Below the pieces are notes generated by a model. The model did not search any database, was not told the origin of the DNA, and worked only from the letters and a program-made list of their open reading frames with translations. 64,000 nucleotides of DNA from an uncultured virus (IMG/VR IMGVR_UViG_3300009688_000445) (lineage: Duplodnaviria; Heunggongvirae; Uroviricota; Caudoviricetes): IMG/VR virus record IMGVR_UViG_3300009688_000445; one strand, 5' to 3'. The position numbers and the translations under genes are program-made. Numbering within the stretch: position 1 is the stretch's first letter; every line of letters begins with the position of its first letter. Positions 41,068 to 51,447 of the stretch are shown one piece after another.

Positions 41068-41774
41068 TTTTTTAGTTTATCTAGCGCTTTGTCTCTTTCA
41101 TCTTCTAATTCAAGATATTTTGAATAAAGAAGATCTATAATTCTAGGAGCCATACCAACTAGATAAGCTCTTAAAGATTTTTTGACTGTAATAATGTAGT
41201 CAATTTTAGAGGGGTGATCTTGAGGTTGTATTTCTGGAAAGAATTGATAAATAGGGATGCCATCAATGGCTTCTATTGAATATACTACTTTTGAAAAGAC
41301 AACCGATGTAATTCTTCCAGCTTCGGTTTCTATACTATCCTTAAGATCATCCATTGCTAAAAGGATGTCCCCTTGATCTAGCGCTCTTAGTGTCCAAGTA
41401 TGACCTGCTACATCGAAAGTCTTTTTTAATTCACCTTTAGCTAATAAATCAGCTAAAATATTTCTTGGATGCTCAGGAGCAGCTTCGTTTTTCTTTTTAA
41501 CAGCTTCGACTTCTTTTAAAAGCCGTTCTTCTGCTAAAGTATTTTTAGATAGATATTTCTCTATCTCTGCATCTATCTCATTTTTTCTTTCTTTTGTTAT
41601 AAACTGAGGTTCTTGATGCAATTTTGTATCCGCAAATGAATCTAATTCTTTTTCAATTTCTGCATCAGGATGCATCATAACTCCTGGGGGCATTGGAATA
41701 CCTCTCATTTTAGAAGGAGCTTGAGGACCTGTTAAAAATTCACTCTGATTAAAATCTTCTAATTCTTGTTTCAT
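41061..41774 (-). CDS. Tail assembly chaperone (G-like)
   Basis: Between tube and tape measure; YSIEAIDG; ends ...LKNS* over an A AAA AAC slippery heptamer. Confidence 0.75.
   Translation of the reverse strand: MKQELEDFNQSEFLTGPQAPSKMRGIPMPPGVMMHPDAEIEKELDSFADTKLHQEPQFITKERKNEIDAEIEKYLSKNTLAEERLLKEVEAVKKKNEAAPEHPRNILADLLAKGELKKTFDVAGHTWTLRALDQGDILLAMDDLKDSIETEAGRITSVVFSKVVYSIEAIDGIPIYQFFPEIQPQDHPSKIDYIITVKKSLRAYLVGMAPRIIDLLYSKYLELEDERDKALDKLKNS
41067..41073 (-). other. Programmed -1 ribosomal frameshift site A AAA AAC
   Basis: Canonical X XXY YYZ heptamer in CTA AAA AAC TCA TAA at the chaperone end. Confidence 0.75.
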
Positions 41775-41803
41775 TTGTATTTCATTTTCTCCTTTACTGG
41801 TTT

Positions 41804-42013
41804 TTAATTAAATTCAACAATACCGTTTATAATTTGTAACCTGCTTATTAGAGATATTAATTCCTGTTTTTGATTTTCAAATTCTTTCACATCTGTCCAT
41901 ACGGCATCTTCAAAAAAAGCAGGATATATGGTGTGTCTAAATAAATCTGCTGCAAATCTGTTATTATCTGCAGCTAGTTTTCTATAGAACACTTCTAAAT
42001 CTCTAGATTGCAT
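41804..42013 (-). CDS. Small hypothetical protein
   Basis: 69-aa ORF starting 2 nt after the tube gene stop. Confidence 0.55.
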   Translation of the reverse strand: MQSRDLEVFYRKLAADNNRFAADLFRHTIYPAFFEDAVWTDVKEFENQKQELISLISRLQIINGIVEFN

Positions 42014-42015
42014 AA

Positions 42016-42690
42016 TTATGCACCAGCTAGAATAGGACGAATTCTAGTAGCAGTTAAAGTACCGTTTTCTAGAATAGGACCATTCTTTTCTGCTGTTGGT
42101 ATATCCTCACCTATATCTGTAAACCAGCATTCTTCAAATACCCTACCAAATACAATAGTTCCTACTGTAGGAGATAAGAATTGTTGATAAATATACACTG
42201 GTCTAACCTGTTGAATAAGAGATACATAAGGATTTTGTAATGCACCGGTATATTGAATCTCATTATTATTTTGTATTTGCTCGGTATCTTCTGTACCTGC
42301 TCCGTCTATTCTCATAAGAGATCTAAGAAGATTGGAACTATATAAAGCATATCTACTTAAGGTAATGTCCACGCCATTTACTTTTCCAGGTATAACTTCA
42401 ATCGGTTCACCTGGCCAATAAAAGGTCTGACCAAATCTAGCAGTTGCTAGATTAGTAGCAGATTCAAATGTACCATTAGGATAAGCTTCTATTTGATGAA
42501 GAATTTCTTTATCTCTAGTCATAGTCCATTTAAATTGTTGCACATATCCTATAGCAAATTGTTTACCATCACCAAAGCGAACCGCCATGGTAATAGATTG
42601 CATTGCTGCTTTTGGTACAGTATCAGTATCTGAAACTCTTCCACCCCCACCGGTTGCCCAGTTCATTGGGAAGATTCGTGATGTAGCCAT
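42016..42690 (-). CDS. Tail tube protein
   Basis: IGYVQ, EVIPG, ITLSRYALY, FEECW, ILENGT; downstream of sheath; AGGAG RBS. Confidence 0.8.
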   Translation of the reverse strand: MATSRIFPMNWATGGGGRVSDTDTVPKAAMQSITMAVRFGDGKQFAIGYVQQFKWTMTRDKEILHQIEAYPNGTFESATNLATARFGQTFYWPGEPIEVIPGKVNGVDITLSRYALYSSNLLRSLMRIDGAGTEDTEQIQNNNEIQYTGALQNPYVSLIQQVRPVYIYQQFLSPTVGTIVFGRVFEECWFTDIGEDIPTAEKNGPILENGTLTATRIRPILAGA

Positions 42691-42749
42691 ATTATGATCT
42701 CCTTACAGATTATATTACAAAGATTACCTAGTTATCATTCATTTGAATT

Positions 42750-42779
42750 AAAATATGATTTTTATTACTGATTTTTAAG
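42750..42779 (-). promoter_or_regulatory. Putative late promoter CTTAAA-N18-TATTTT
   Basis: Recurring motif upstream of tube gene. Confidence 0.45.
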
Positions 42780-42808
42780 GTTTTCTGAAAAAAATTAAAT
42801 GGAAACTA

Positions 42809-44635
42809 TTAATAAGTATATTCTTTAATAGCTTTAAGATTTCCAGCATCGTAAATTCTTAGATATTTGTTTTTAAACATATTTTCACTTTCAGATAAAT
42901 TTTTATCATAAGTAGTTAATATTTTTTCCAGTTTGTGTTTTTGAAATTTTTCTCTAGAATAGAGAATATACATATTATTTAAATGAAAATAGAAATAATT
43001 AGGTGCTGTTAGTATATCAATATTAAAGTTAGACGATAAATAACTAGAACCGTCAAAGTATCTTACATTGATGTAACTAATTAATTTTTCTGGTTTAACA
43101 GTATCTTCAAAATATTTTAACAATTTTTGAAAACCACCTATAATAGAGTAATTTAATAATGTACAAGATCGTATTAATTCATAACAATTTGTACTTTTAT
43201 CATATCTAGATTTAGAGAAAGAACAAATACTAACAAGTTTATCTTCATAAAATAACCCTAATCGTATATTTGCTGATACATAACCTTGCAAATGATTTGC
43301 TTCTAAAAATTCTCGGTATTGTATAGAAGAAATTTCTTTAATATTGCATTTTCTAGCGTATATAGCTGTAGTTTTATGTAATTTAGATAAAATAATGGAT
43401 TTAACAATATTACATTTACTTAACCATTCGTTTTCAAAAATTTGTATATAATAAATACCAATATTTTTAAAAAAAACATATTTATCCTGGTGATATTTTC
43501 TAGTTTGTACTTGATCAGAATGCCAGAAAAGACCGTGAAAATCTATTCCTAAATTAAAATCTGGAAGATATATATCAAGTTCGTATGAAGAAGATTTTCC
43601 TTTTCTTCCATATTTTTTATTTGTTTCTATATTTATAATATTTATAGATTTTAACCAATCTACTATTTCTTCTTCATATCTAGATCTGTAGGCAGAACAG
43701 GAACATCCAATACCTTGTGCATAAAATCTATCTGTAGTAAAGATCTTTTCACATTTTAAACACTTAAATGCAAATAAATCTCTTCCAGTACTGTATTCTT
43801 CTTGTGTAAATAAAGGTTCTAATTTTTTTAGTTTTAATATTTCTATAAAAGTATCCCAATATTTAAACCTATCGTTTGTTCTTCTTTTATCTATTACTTC
43901 TGCAGATTGTGTTGGCCACTCAACGCCTCTTTTTAAAAGATTAGTTTGTTTAAGTTTATCTCGTATAATAGAGGATTTCAACGGATTATCTACACCTAAA
44001 CTTTCGAGTAGCGTATTTTTTATTTTTTCTTGTATCAGTGGCGATTTTAACACGCTTGTTACACCATATTCTTTTAGAACTGTATTTCTACTTTTTTCTT
44101 GTACTTCAGGACTACTCATTGGTCCTTTGCTGCCAAATTTTGGTATGTTATTCTTTCCTCTTTTTTCAAGAGATTCAGGATTCTGCATAGGATACTCACA
44201 ACCATATTTTTTCAACATAGTGTTTTTAAATTTTTCTATTTTTTCAGGTAATTTCATTAAATTAGAATTACCATTTACTTCTAAATTAGTTTTTTTTCTT
44301 TTGATATCTGCATCTTTTTGAAATTGCTTCCAATGTAATTCGCATGATCTATAAGTATATTTTCCTTTCTTAACAATATTTTCTGATCCACAATATTTAC
44401 AAGTTTTTTTGGTAATTGTTGGTTCTTTTTTAGGCATTTGTTTACAACGATCAGATCTTAGCATACCAAAACTAGAAGAACCGTATTTCTTTTGCAGTGC
44501 TTCATTAGTTTTATAAATTTGATCAGGAACTTCTATTGTTTTATAACAAGTAATACAGCAATTATAGATAACACCATTTTTATTTGTTCTAAGATCTTTA
44601 GTAGTTCCACAGTGTTTACATTTTTTTTCTATCAT
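42809..44635 (-). mobile_element. Free-standing putative homing endonuclease (Hef-like PD-(D/E)XK) with zinc ribbons, KKYG-type repeats and a C-terminal GNAT-like domain
   Basis: CxxC pairs; ~24-aa repeats (KKYGCEYPMQ, KEYGVTSVLK, LKRGVEWPTQ); ELDIYLPDFNLGIDFHGLFWHS; IFENEW; YARKC..FLEANHLQG..IYDAG. Confidence 0.8.
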
Positions 44636-44734
44636 ATATATTTTCCTTAATTATTAAATAAACTTAAATCCTGTAATAAGTATAAAATATAATAATAGTA
44701 TCTTAGGTTATTTTTCTATTATTTTTCTGGTAAT

Positions 44735-44771
44735 TCAATAAAAAACCCTGAAATAATGAATTTCAGGGTTT
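44735..44771 (-). terminator. Rho-independent terminator after tail sheath
   Basis: 12-bp perfect stem AAACCCTGAAAT/ATTTCAGGGTTT with 5-nt loop and T-run on the minus strand. Confidence 0.8.
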
Positions 44772-44799
44772 GACTTTTCTAGCTCAGGAAAAAGGTAAA

Positions 44800-47115
44800 T
44801 TACACTGATATACTGTATTCTCCTTCCATGTATTTATTGGTATATACTGAGTAATATGAATATCTGAAGTTTACTGTGTCACGTCTTGTAGTTGGTAACG
44901 TAACAGATATCTGATCTATTTCTTCTATAATTAACTTGGATAGATAATCCTTAAATACGTCGTTTAAGAATTTTTCTACTGTTTGTTTATATACAGGTCT
45001 ATTTGTAATTAATCTACCAATAAATGTTCTATCGAGTTGAATAGCAACATCTTTAGCAATATAATGCTTAGCAGTAATAATATTAATATTATTTTTCTCA
45101 ACACTAGTATTATCAGTAGTTAAATCATCCTTAATAATTAAAGAACTATCTGAACCTAATCCGCATACTAGAGCACTTGCGCCACCTGCTAATTTAAGCA
45201 TATCATCTGTATAATAATCATCAAAATCTTCTTCAAATAACTCTAGACCCGGAATAGTATGTCTTAAAATTGTTTGTGCTGCATAAGAGAATGAATCTCT
45301 ATATGCGCCAATTGCTGCTGCTATAAAAGCTCCATTTACTGTTGTAGCTGTATCTAATTTAGTAGTAGGATCTTTATAATAATAAGTAGCTCTTGTAGCA
45401 TTAATATAAACTACAGATTCATTTCGTATACTATAAGCTATACCACAAACTGAATTAGCTTCATCTGTATCACCTAAATCTGTTAGTGCTGCTGCTCCTG
45501 TATAATACATTCTATATCTACCGTTTTGTGGTAAATTTCTATCGTTAACATGTGCTATAACAGCATTCCTAACCGTACCACTGGTATTTAAAACACCAAG
45601 TGTTTGTACGTCTCTATGCTTACATTTCTGTAAAGCAGCTACATAATCACTATTTTGATCTGAAGGTGGAACTTGAATAACTGCAATAGTAGGTACACCA
45701 TACCAATTAAGTGCTAAATCACAAAGCATTACTAAAGGATTAGCAGGTATACAATCACCTAGATCATCCAATACATCTTGATAAGAACTAAATTCTTTAT
45801 ATTTATAATCTGTAGTTGGTCTATTGTATGTATATGTTACATAGTATGTTCCACTATCTGCTACTTTAGGAGTAGTAGTAATGGTAAGAACAGTTCCTAC
45901 TAATAGTGCGTTTAATTCTGCTTCTGTTCCAGAAAGATTAATAGTAGTATCAGTAGGAGTTATATCATCAGATATACCGAAAGTATAAGTATTTGCACCT
46001 ACAGTAGCTGTTATTTCTGCGTATCCTGCTGTTCTAGCTATAATAAGTTGGCTAGAAAGTGTAAACTCCATTTGTCCATTAGAAGCAGCTTTAGCAGTAC
46101 CGCTTTCTATAGTAACAGTAGAATCTGATCCAGTATCTGTATTAGTAATTACAATATCTGTAGTCGCAGCAGAGCATGTAAAACCATCTGCTGTAATTGC
46201 TGTATTTATTAATGCAGCTATAGCAGCATATGTTAATGTACTTGCTGTTAATATTGTATATTCAGTGCCATTTAAAGTAAAATAATATCTAGAAGCAGCA
46301 GAAAGACCTGAGGCTTGTCCACCACAAGCAGTAATAGTCATTCCAAATCCACCATAACCGCTTGTAGCATCTGCACCAGGAACTGCTGTATCAAAAGAAT
46401 CCCAACCTGTTAAGGAAGAGAATAGGTCCGTTCCGCTGGATCCGGCAGCTAATGCAATATTATTTCCAGCACCTGCAGTATCATGTGTTACACGAATATC
46501 GTTAGTAACAAAACTTGCTGTTACACCTGCACCTACAAGAGCAGCATTCATGCTGTCTACTACATCGTCGTAATCCATAGTAGATGCGCCTGTACTTGTT
46601 AGACTAAAGTAATATTCTGTTCCGTTTACTGTAAAATAATAGGTATCTCCTACCAAACCACAGATAGAAGTATGAACTACATCTAAACCAACTTCTTGAT
46701 AACCACCAGTTGCATCTACGCCAGCAACAGGAGTACCTACTGCACTAAAATGTGTTAATGAGGTTAGTAGATCAGCACCATAGGTTCCGCCTGAAATTGT
46801 TTTGGTTTCTGTATTAATAATCCAAGTAATTTCACCAGTAGTAGTATCTACTGTAAAATCCGTATCTTCTACTAGGTCATTTAATCCTATTTGTGTACCT
46901 GCTGATTCAATTTCATAAATACCTGTAGTATAATATGTTAACTGATCAACAAGACCACTAGATGTTCTAGTAATAGCCTCATTTTTTTCTCGTTTATATG
47001 GGCTAGCTGCACCAATAAAGCAAGGCTTTCTTTGTGAGCTTGACGCATTTGGAGTGGCTGTTTGTGTTATTTCTGTTATAGTTACACCCGGAAGTGTATA
47101 TCCTGAATCTGCCAT
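44800..47115 (-). CDS. Contractile tail sheath protein with inserted duplicated domains
   Basis: YTLPGVTITE N-terminus, PCFIG, AAAIGA, DLTTD..E.NI..AKHYI, FIGR C-terminal sheath motifs. Confidence 0.88.
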   Translation of the reverse strand: MADSGYTLPGVTITEITQTATPNASSSQRKPCFIGAASPYKREKNEAITRTSSGLVDQLTYYTTGIYEIESAGTQIGLNDLVEDTDFTVDTTTGEITWIINTETKTISGGTYGADLLTSLTHFSAVGTPVAGVDATGGYQEVGLDVVHTSICGLVGDTYYFTVNGTEYYFSLTSTGASTMDYDDVVDSMNAALVGAGVTASFVTNDIRVTHDTAGAGNNIALAAGSSGTDLFSSLTGWDSFDTAVPGADATSGYGGFGMTITACGGQASGLSAASRYYFTLNGTEYTILTASTLTYAAIAALINTAITADGFTCSAATTDIVITNTDTGSDSTVTIESGTAKAASNGQMEFTLSSQLIIARTAGYAEITATVGANTYTFGISDDITPTDTTINLSGTEAELNALLVGTVLTITTTPKVADSGTYYVTYTYNRPTTDYKYKEFSSYQDVLDDLGDCIPANPLVMLCDLALNWYGVPTIAVIQVPPSDQNSDYVAALQKCKHRDVQTLGVLNTSGTVRNAVIAHVNDRNLPQNGRYRMYYTGAAALTDLGDTDEANSVCGIAYSIRNESVVYINATRATYYYKDPTTKLDTATTVNGAFIAAAIGAYRDSFSYAAQTILRHTIPGLELFEEDFDDYYTDDMLKLAGGASALVCGLGSDSSLIIKDDLTTDNTSVEKNNINIITAKHYIAKDVAIQLDRTFIGRLITNRPVYKQTVEKFLNDVFKDYLSKLIIEEIDQISVTLPTTRRDTVNFRYSYYSVYTNKYMEGEYSISV

Positions 47116-47145
47116 CGGAGATGCTCCTTCAAATTATGATTACTT

Positions 47146-47176
47146 GAAATATTAAGTTTGTCTTTTTAGTTTTAAG
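47146..47176 (-). promoter_or_regulatory. Putative late promoter CTTAAA-N19-TATTTC
   Basis: Recurring motif upstream of sheath gene. Confidence 0.4.
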
Positions 47177-47216
47177 GTTCTTTATTTAAAATTACCTAAA
47201 TTATATGTTTTACAGA

Positions 47217-48095
47217 TTAATCATAAGATTCTAAAGGATTTCTTACATCCTCTTCTTCTTCAACTGTATAATAATCTGCCCACCATCTTATATCATTTCC
47301 ATTATACCCCGTACTTGTATAATATCCAGTACTGGTTATTTCTCCCATGCTTCCATAGACATAGATAGGAACATATAAGGTTTCATTACCTGTAGAAGTT
47401 CTTCTATCCATATAATTAAATCCTTCTGTAACTAATATATTCCAATTATCTCCTATATCAGGAAATATATATTCTACAAAAGAATTTAATCTTACTGTAC
47501 ACGTATATATAAGAGTCTGTGTACTAATATCAGTTACTTCATTTTCTCCTGTTATTTCTACTGGTGTAGTAGTAGGTATAATATTAAACATTTCTTCGCT
47601 ATCGCCTTTATATAAATAAGGCCAGCGGTAATAATGAGAAAAACATAATGCTACTAACTCACTAATTTGAGATCTTATATCAGGTGACATAGCAGCAATT
47701 ATCAAATCTACTGGAACATCATACATATTAGCATACATATTATAAAAAGATTGTATACTACCATCTGTACTTTCTAATGCATCTTGATATATAAAATCAT
47801 CTGCACCTAAAAAAGGTTTTCTTTCTCTTTTATTTCTAGATGAAATAGCAATTAATGGCATCTTCCTTTCATAAAAAGGAAAATCTCTTTCTATATTTAG
47901 CTTTGTTTCAGAATCTGTATTTTGTAAAATAATAATTTCAGGAACAGCTATCTTATAACTAGTAACTGAACTAGAAAAGAATTGATTAAGAATATCTTTT
48001 AACACACTTTTAGTTTGTCTTTCTATTTTATGAAAGCTAAATTGTGTTAAATCTCCGCTAAACGATTCTGGGTGTTGATTAGATTCTATACTCAT
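47217..48095 (-). CDS. Probable tail terminator / neck protein
   Basis: FPFYERKMPLIAI, VDLIIAAMSPDIRSQI; immediately upstream of sheath; three TSTG in the C-terminal extension. Confidence 0.6.
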   Translation of the reverse strand: MSIESNQHPESFSGDLTQFSFHKIERQTKSVLKDILNQFFSSSVTSYKIAVPEIIILQNTDSETKLNIERDFPFYERKMPLIAISSRNKRERKPFLGADDFIYQDALESTDGSIQSFYNMYANMYDVPVDLIIAAMSPDIRSQISELVALCFSHYYRWPYLYKGDSEEMFNIIPTTTPVEITGENEVTDISTQTLIYTCTVRLNSFVEYIFPDIGDNWNILVTEGFNYMDRRTSTGNETLYVPIYVYGSMGEITSTGYYTSTGYNGNDIRWWADYYTVEEEEDVRNPLESYD

Positions 48096-48098
48096 TCG

Positions 48099-48338
48099 TT
48101 ATGATTCTTCAGTAGTAGTTTCTTCTTCTGGTAATTCGCACAATAAAGTTTCTTTGTGTTCATCTATATTAAAATATACCATATTTAGATATTTACAAAT
48201 AGAAGTATTTACTACACAAGAAGGAATACCATCTTGATCTTTTAAAATATCTTCTCTATCGCTACCTGGGCAATGTGTAGGTACTACTTTTACAACAGAA
48301 GGATTTATTATAATAGATTCTATTAGTATTTCTCGCAT
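48099..48338 (-). CDS. Small Cys-containing hypothetical protein
   Basis: Tight operonic packing. Confidence 0.55.
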   Translation of the reverse strand: MREILIESIIINPSVVKVVPTHCPGSDREDILKDQDGIPSCVVNTSICKYLNMVYFNIDEHKETLLCELPEEETTTEES

Positions 48339-48343
48339 ATTCT

Positions 48344-48637
48344 TTACTTTATGGGTGCATCGGGATTAGCTATCTTTTCTTCTCTTCCTTCTTCATCTAC
48401 TTCTCTTCTAGCTAGATGTGGTTGTCCATCTACTAAAATAATAGACCATTCTACAGAACCTGTTTTGGTTCTGTAAGTATTTTGTCCTATTTTTTCCACT
48501 TCTTTTTTTACATCAGGTGTTAATTTAACTAATCTGGAGGACGCAAGTCTCCTTTGTATTTCTTTTCTCTTTTCAGTTTCAAGAAAAGAATCACCATATA
48601 AAGATGAAAAAATGCTATTATCTCGTTCTTTACTCAT
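48344..48637 (-). CDS. Hypothetical protein
   Basis: AGGAG RBS, 97 aa. Confidence 0.6.
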   Translation of the reverse strand: MSKERDNSIFSSLYGDSFLETEKRKEIQRRLASSRLVKLTPDVKKEVEKIGQNTYRTKTGSVEWSIILVDGQPHLARREVDEEGREEKIANPDAPIK

Positions 48638-48661
48638 TTTAGTGCTCCTATACTTTTAAGA

Positions 48662-48690
48662 AAAATAAAGAATAAATTTACTTATTTAAG
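48662..48690 (-). promoter_or_regulatory. Putative late promoter CTTAAA-N17-TATTTT
   Basis: Recurring motif. Confidence 0.4.
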
Positions 48691-49699
48691 ACAAATACTG
48701 TATTATTTTAACAACATCCTGCTTATCTCTCAAATAAGCAGTGATAAAATCTGTATGGATCATTTTTAATTGTGGTCCATGCATATGAAAAGTAGATTGT
48801 TGTACTTCATAAAATTGATTTTCAAATGTTCCTTGTAGAAATTGAATAATATCAAAATTTTCAATTACTACTTCTGGAAGAACCCACCATCTTAAAGGAC
48901 GGACAGTAGCCCAACCATATGGACCTTCTGTAATTTCTGTTCTTTCTTGATCTCTTGCAGCCAAGAAAGCAGGATAATCAATTGCTGAATAAGTTGGATC
49001 TATATCTATTAAATTCTTTTGATTTCTATATCTAAATCTGATAGAATTAAATTCAGGTGAAGGACTTGTTACCGTTCTTTTTAACATAACAATTCTAAAT
49101 CTAATATATTGTGTACCTTTAGTTAAAGTAAAAGTACCTTGTTTATTTGCTAAGTTATTAGTAGAATAAGTAGATGTTGAAATTTCATTCCAATTAATAT
49201 CGTCTGTAGAATAATAATAAGTTATTCTATTTAAAGTTGGATCTGTTCTATCGTTAATTAGAAATCTATCAAAAGCTTCACATCTAGTTAATGTAAATCT
49301 TTCAGTAGTAATTATACCTTCTCGATTAGTATTTGAAGATATAGTAAATAGACTTCCAGAATCACCAGCTATTGTAATAAAATCATCTTTTGTAACAGTA
49401 GATGGAGTGGATACAACAAATTCTTCATATCCATATTTTTGGTATCCGCCAAGATAGCCGGTACCTAAACATAAGAAATGAGATCTATCTGGTTGAGCTT
49501 TTTCTTCATCCCAACAATAACATTTAGTTTCACCAGATGGTGCAGTTCCATATAAAGTATTTGCTACATTTTTATAAAGAGTACAAGGAGTTCCACAACC
49601 ACGCATTTTTACACGAAGTTGTGAGATAGTAAAATCGTATATGAGATGACGATCAATAACCGCGCGTACATCTGTTCTAGATCTAATTGGCCACCTCAC
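48686..49699 (-). CDS. Probable head-closure / neck protein
   Basis: C-x-C...C-x-GTG-x-x-GGY (KCYCW..LCLGTGYLGGY) seen in large-phage neck proteins. GTG start at 49699 after AGGAGG. Confidence 0.6.
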   Translation of the reverse strand: MRWPIRSRTDVRAVIDRHLIYDFTISQLRVKMRGCGTPCTLYKNVANTLYGTAPSGETKCYCWDEEKAQPDRSHFLCLGTGYLGGYQKYGYEEFVVSTPSTVTKDDFITIAGDSGSLFTISSNTNREGIITTERFTLTRCEAFDRFLINDRTDPTLNRITYYYSTDDINWNEISTSTYSTNNLANKQGTFTLTKGTQYIRFRIVMLKRTVTSPSPEFNSIRFRYRNQKNLIDIDPTYSAIDYPAFLAARDQERTEITEGPYGWATVRPLRWWVLPEVVIENFDIIQFLQGTFENQFYEVQQSTFHMHGPQLKMIHTDFITAYLRDKQDVVKIIQYLS

Positions 49700-51107
49700 A
49701 ATCCACCTCCTTGTAAACTTTATTAAAATAAAATTCATTAAACTGTTCTTCTGTATTATTTAAAACACTATATAAAGAATGAAATTCTCTGTGGCATGTT
49801 TCACAAAGAGTTATTCCATTTTCTAAAATTGTTCGTAATTCTTTATGTTCTGCAAATCCATTTTTGTGGTGTGCATGTAATTTACAATTTGTTTTTCCAC
49901 AAACTTGACAAGTGTATAAATCTCTAGAATAAACTGCTTTTCTCCAATCTTCATACTCAATATATCTTCTATTGAGTAATCTATCTTGTAAAGATAAGTT
50001 TGGGTTATATCTTGGATGATTTACACCACATTTTTTCTTCCTAAGTTCTATTTTAGTACATATTCTGCATTTTCTTCCATTTTTTAAAGAAGCTATAGAT
50101 AAAGAAGTATGGTGTCCTTCTGGACAAATTAATTGTAGTGTATCAGTAGAAGATAATTCTTTTATATTTGTATCTAGTAATATATAACCTATATTATTTA
50201 AGTATTCTTTACATTGAATAGTATATAATTCTTTTTCTCGTATTTCTCTATTTAAATAACCGCACGATTTACAGGTTACCCTGTTATCGACTACTGGTTT
50301 ATATCTAAAAACTTCGAAAGAAGTATAATTATGTCTTCCACAACTACATATATATTCTAAGGGTGTACGTATAGTTAGCTGTTCGATATACTCAGTTAAC
50401 AATATGCAATTACGTTTCTCAAAAAATTCTTTTACTTCCTGATAGTTTAATAAATGTCTTATAGAATTTTGTTTTGCTGTTTTACTATGAGAACAAATTG
50501 AACAACTATAGCTTATTTGATCTAATCCTTTATAGATAATATGTCCATTTTTACATTTACATTTCATTTTTTTGGATTTTATATTATAGCTTGTTTCTAG
50601 TAATTCAAATCCATGTTCTTTAAATAATTCTTTTGCTTTTAAAAATTCTTCTTCTTTTATTTTTTTTAATTTTTCCGTATTTCTGCAACTATCACAAATA
50701 ATATTAAAATTATTATAAGTTATAATACGCATAGCACGTTCTGCTGTGGTTGTAAAAATATCAGCACATATTGTGCATTTAACTTTAAGTTTTGTTCTCA
50801 TTGTAGAATAATCTTGTTTACTAGATAGTATAACGGCATTGTGTTTTGTAAAAAATTCTTGTATTTCTTCAAAACTTTTTGTTTTCGGTCTATTTTGTAT
50901 TATTTTTGTGCATTCATAGCAATAAGGATAAATTCTCTTTTGTAAAGTATACCAAGTAGATTCAAATTCCTTTCCACACTTGCAGATGTACTTTAAAGTT
51001 GAATTCCAATCTTTTATTGAATCCGATAATAATATCAAATCATATTTATTAAAAAATTCTTTTATATCTTCTAAAGAAGGATTTCTTTTTTCTAAATTTG
51101 GTTTCAT
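49683..51107 (-). mobile_element. HNH homing endonuclease with repeated zinc-ribbon DNA-binding modules
   Basis: WRKAVYSRDLYTCQVCG..LHAHH..NGITLCETCHREFH; repeated YICxCG..CxxC modules. Confidence 0.85.
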
Positions 51108-51132
51108 ATTTTGTATTTATATATATTTCTCC

Positions 51133-51447
51133 TTAAGGAAGATATTCTAATCTAAATGGTAAAATAGTATTTATCACAAACAATGATTGATTATTTTCAA
51201 CAAAAAATTTATCTATTACTGACATTAATTGATCTGTTTTTTCAGAAGACAAAGTTCTTTGATTATTAAAATATTTTTTTATTTCTTGCAATGCTTCATA
51301 AGCATCATTTCTTAGATTTAATTCCTTTCTTCTTTTTTCTGTCATATATCCAATATCTTCTAATATAGAAGAAGACTCTTTTTCTGAATCTATTTCTAAA
51401 ATAGAAGATTCTATTAAATCTAATATTTCATATACTTCTTCAAGCAT
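51133..51447 (-). CDS. Hypothetical protein
   Basis: 104-aa ORF overlapping the upstream gene's end. Confidence 0.55.
   Translation of the reverse strand: MLEEVYEILDLIESSILEIDSEKESSSILEDIGYMTEKRRKELNLRNDAYEALQEIKKYFNNQRTLSSEKTDQLMSVIDKFFVENNQSLFVINTILPFRLEYLP

Noticed and set aside
42691..51132. Group I introns or inteins around the two endonucleases
   Set aside because: Flanking genes look complete with their own starts and stops; no split gene or intein splice motifs were seen.
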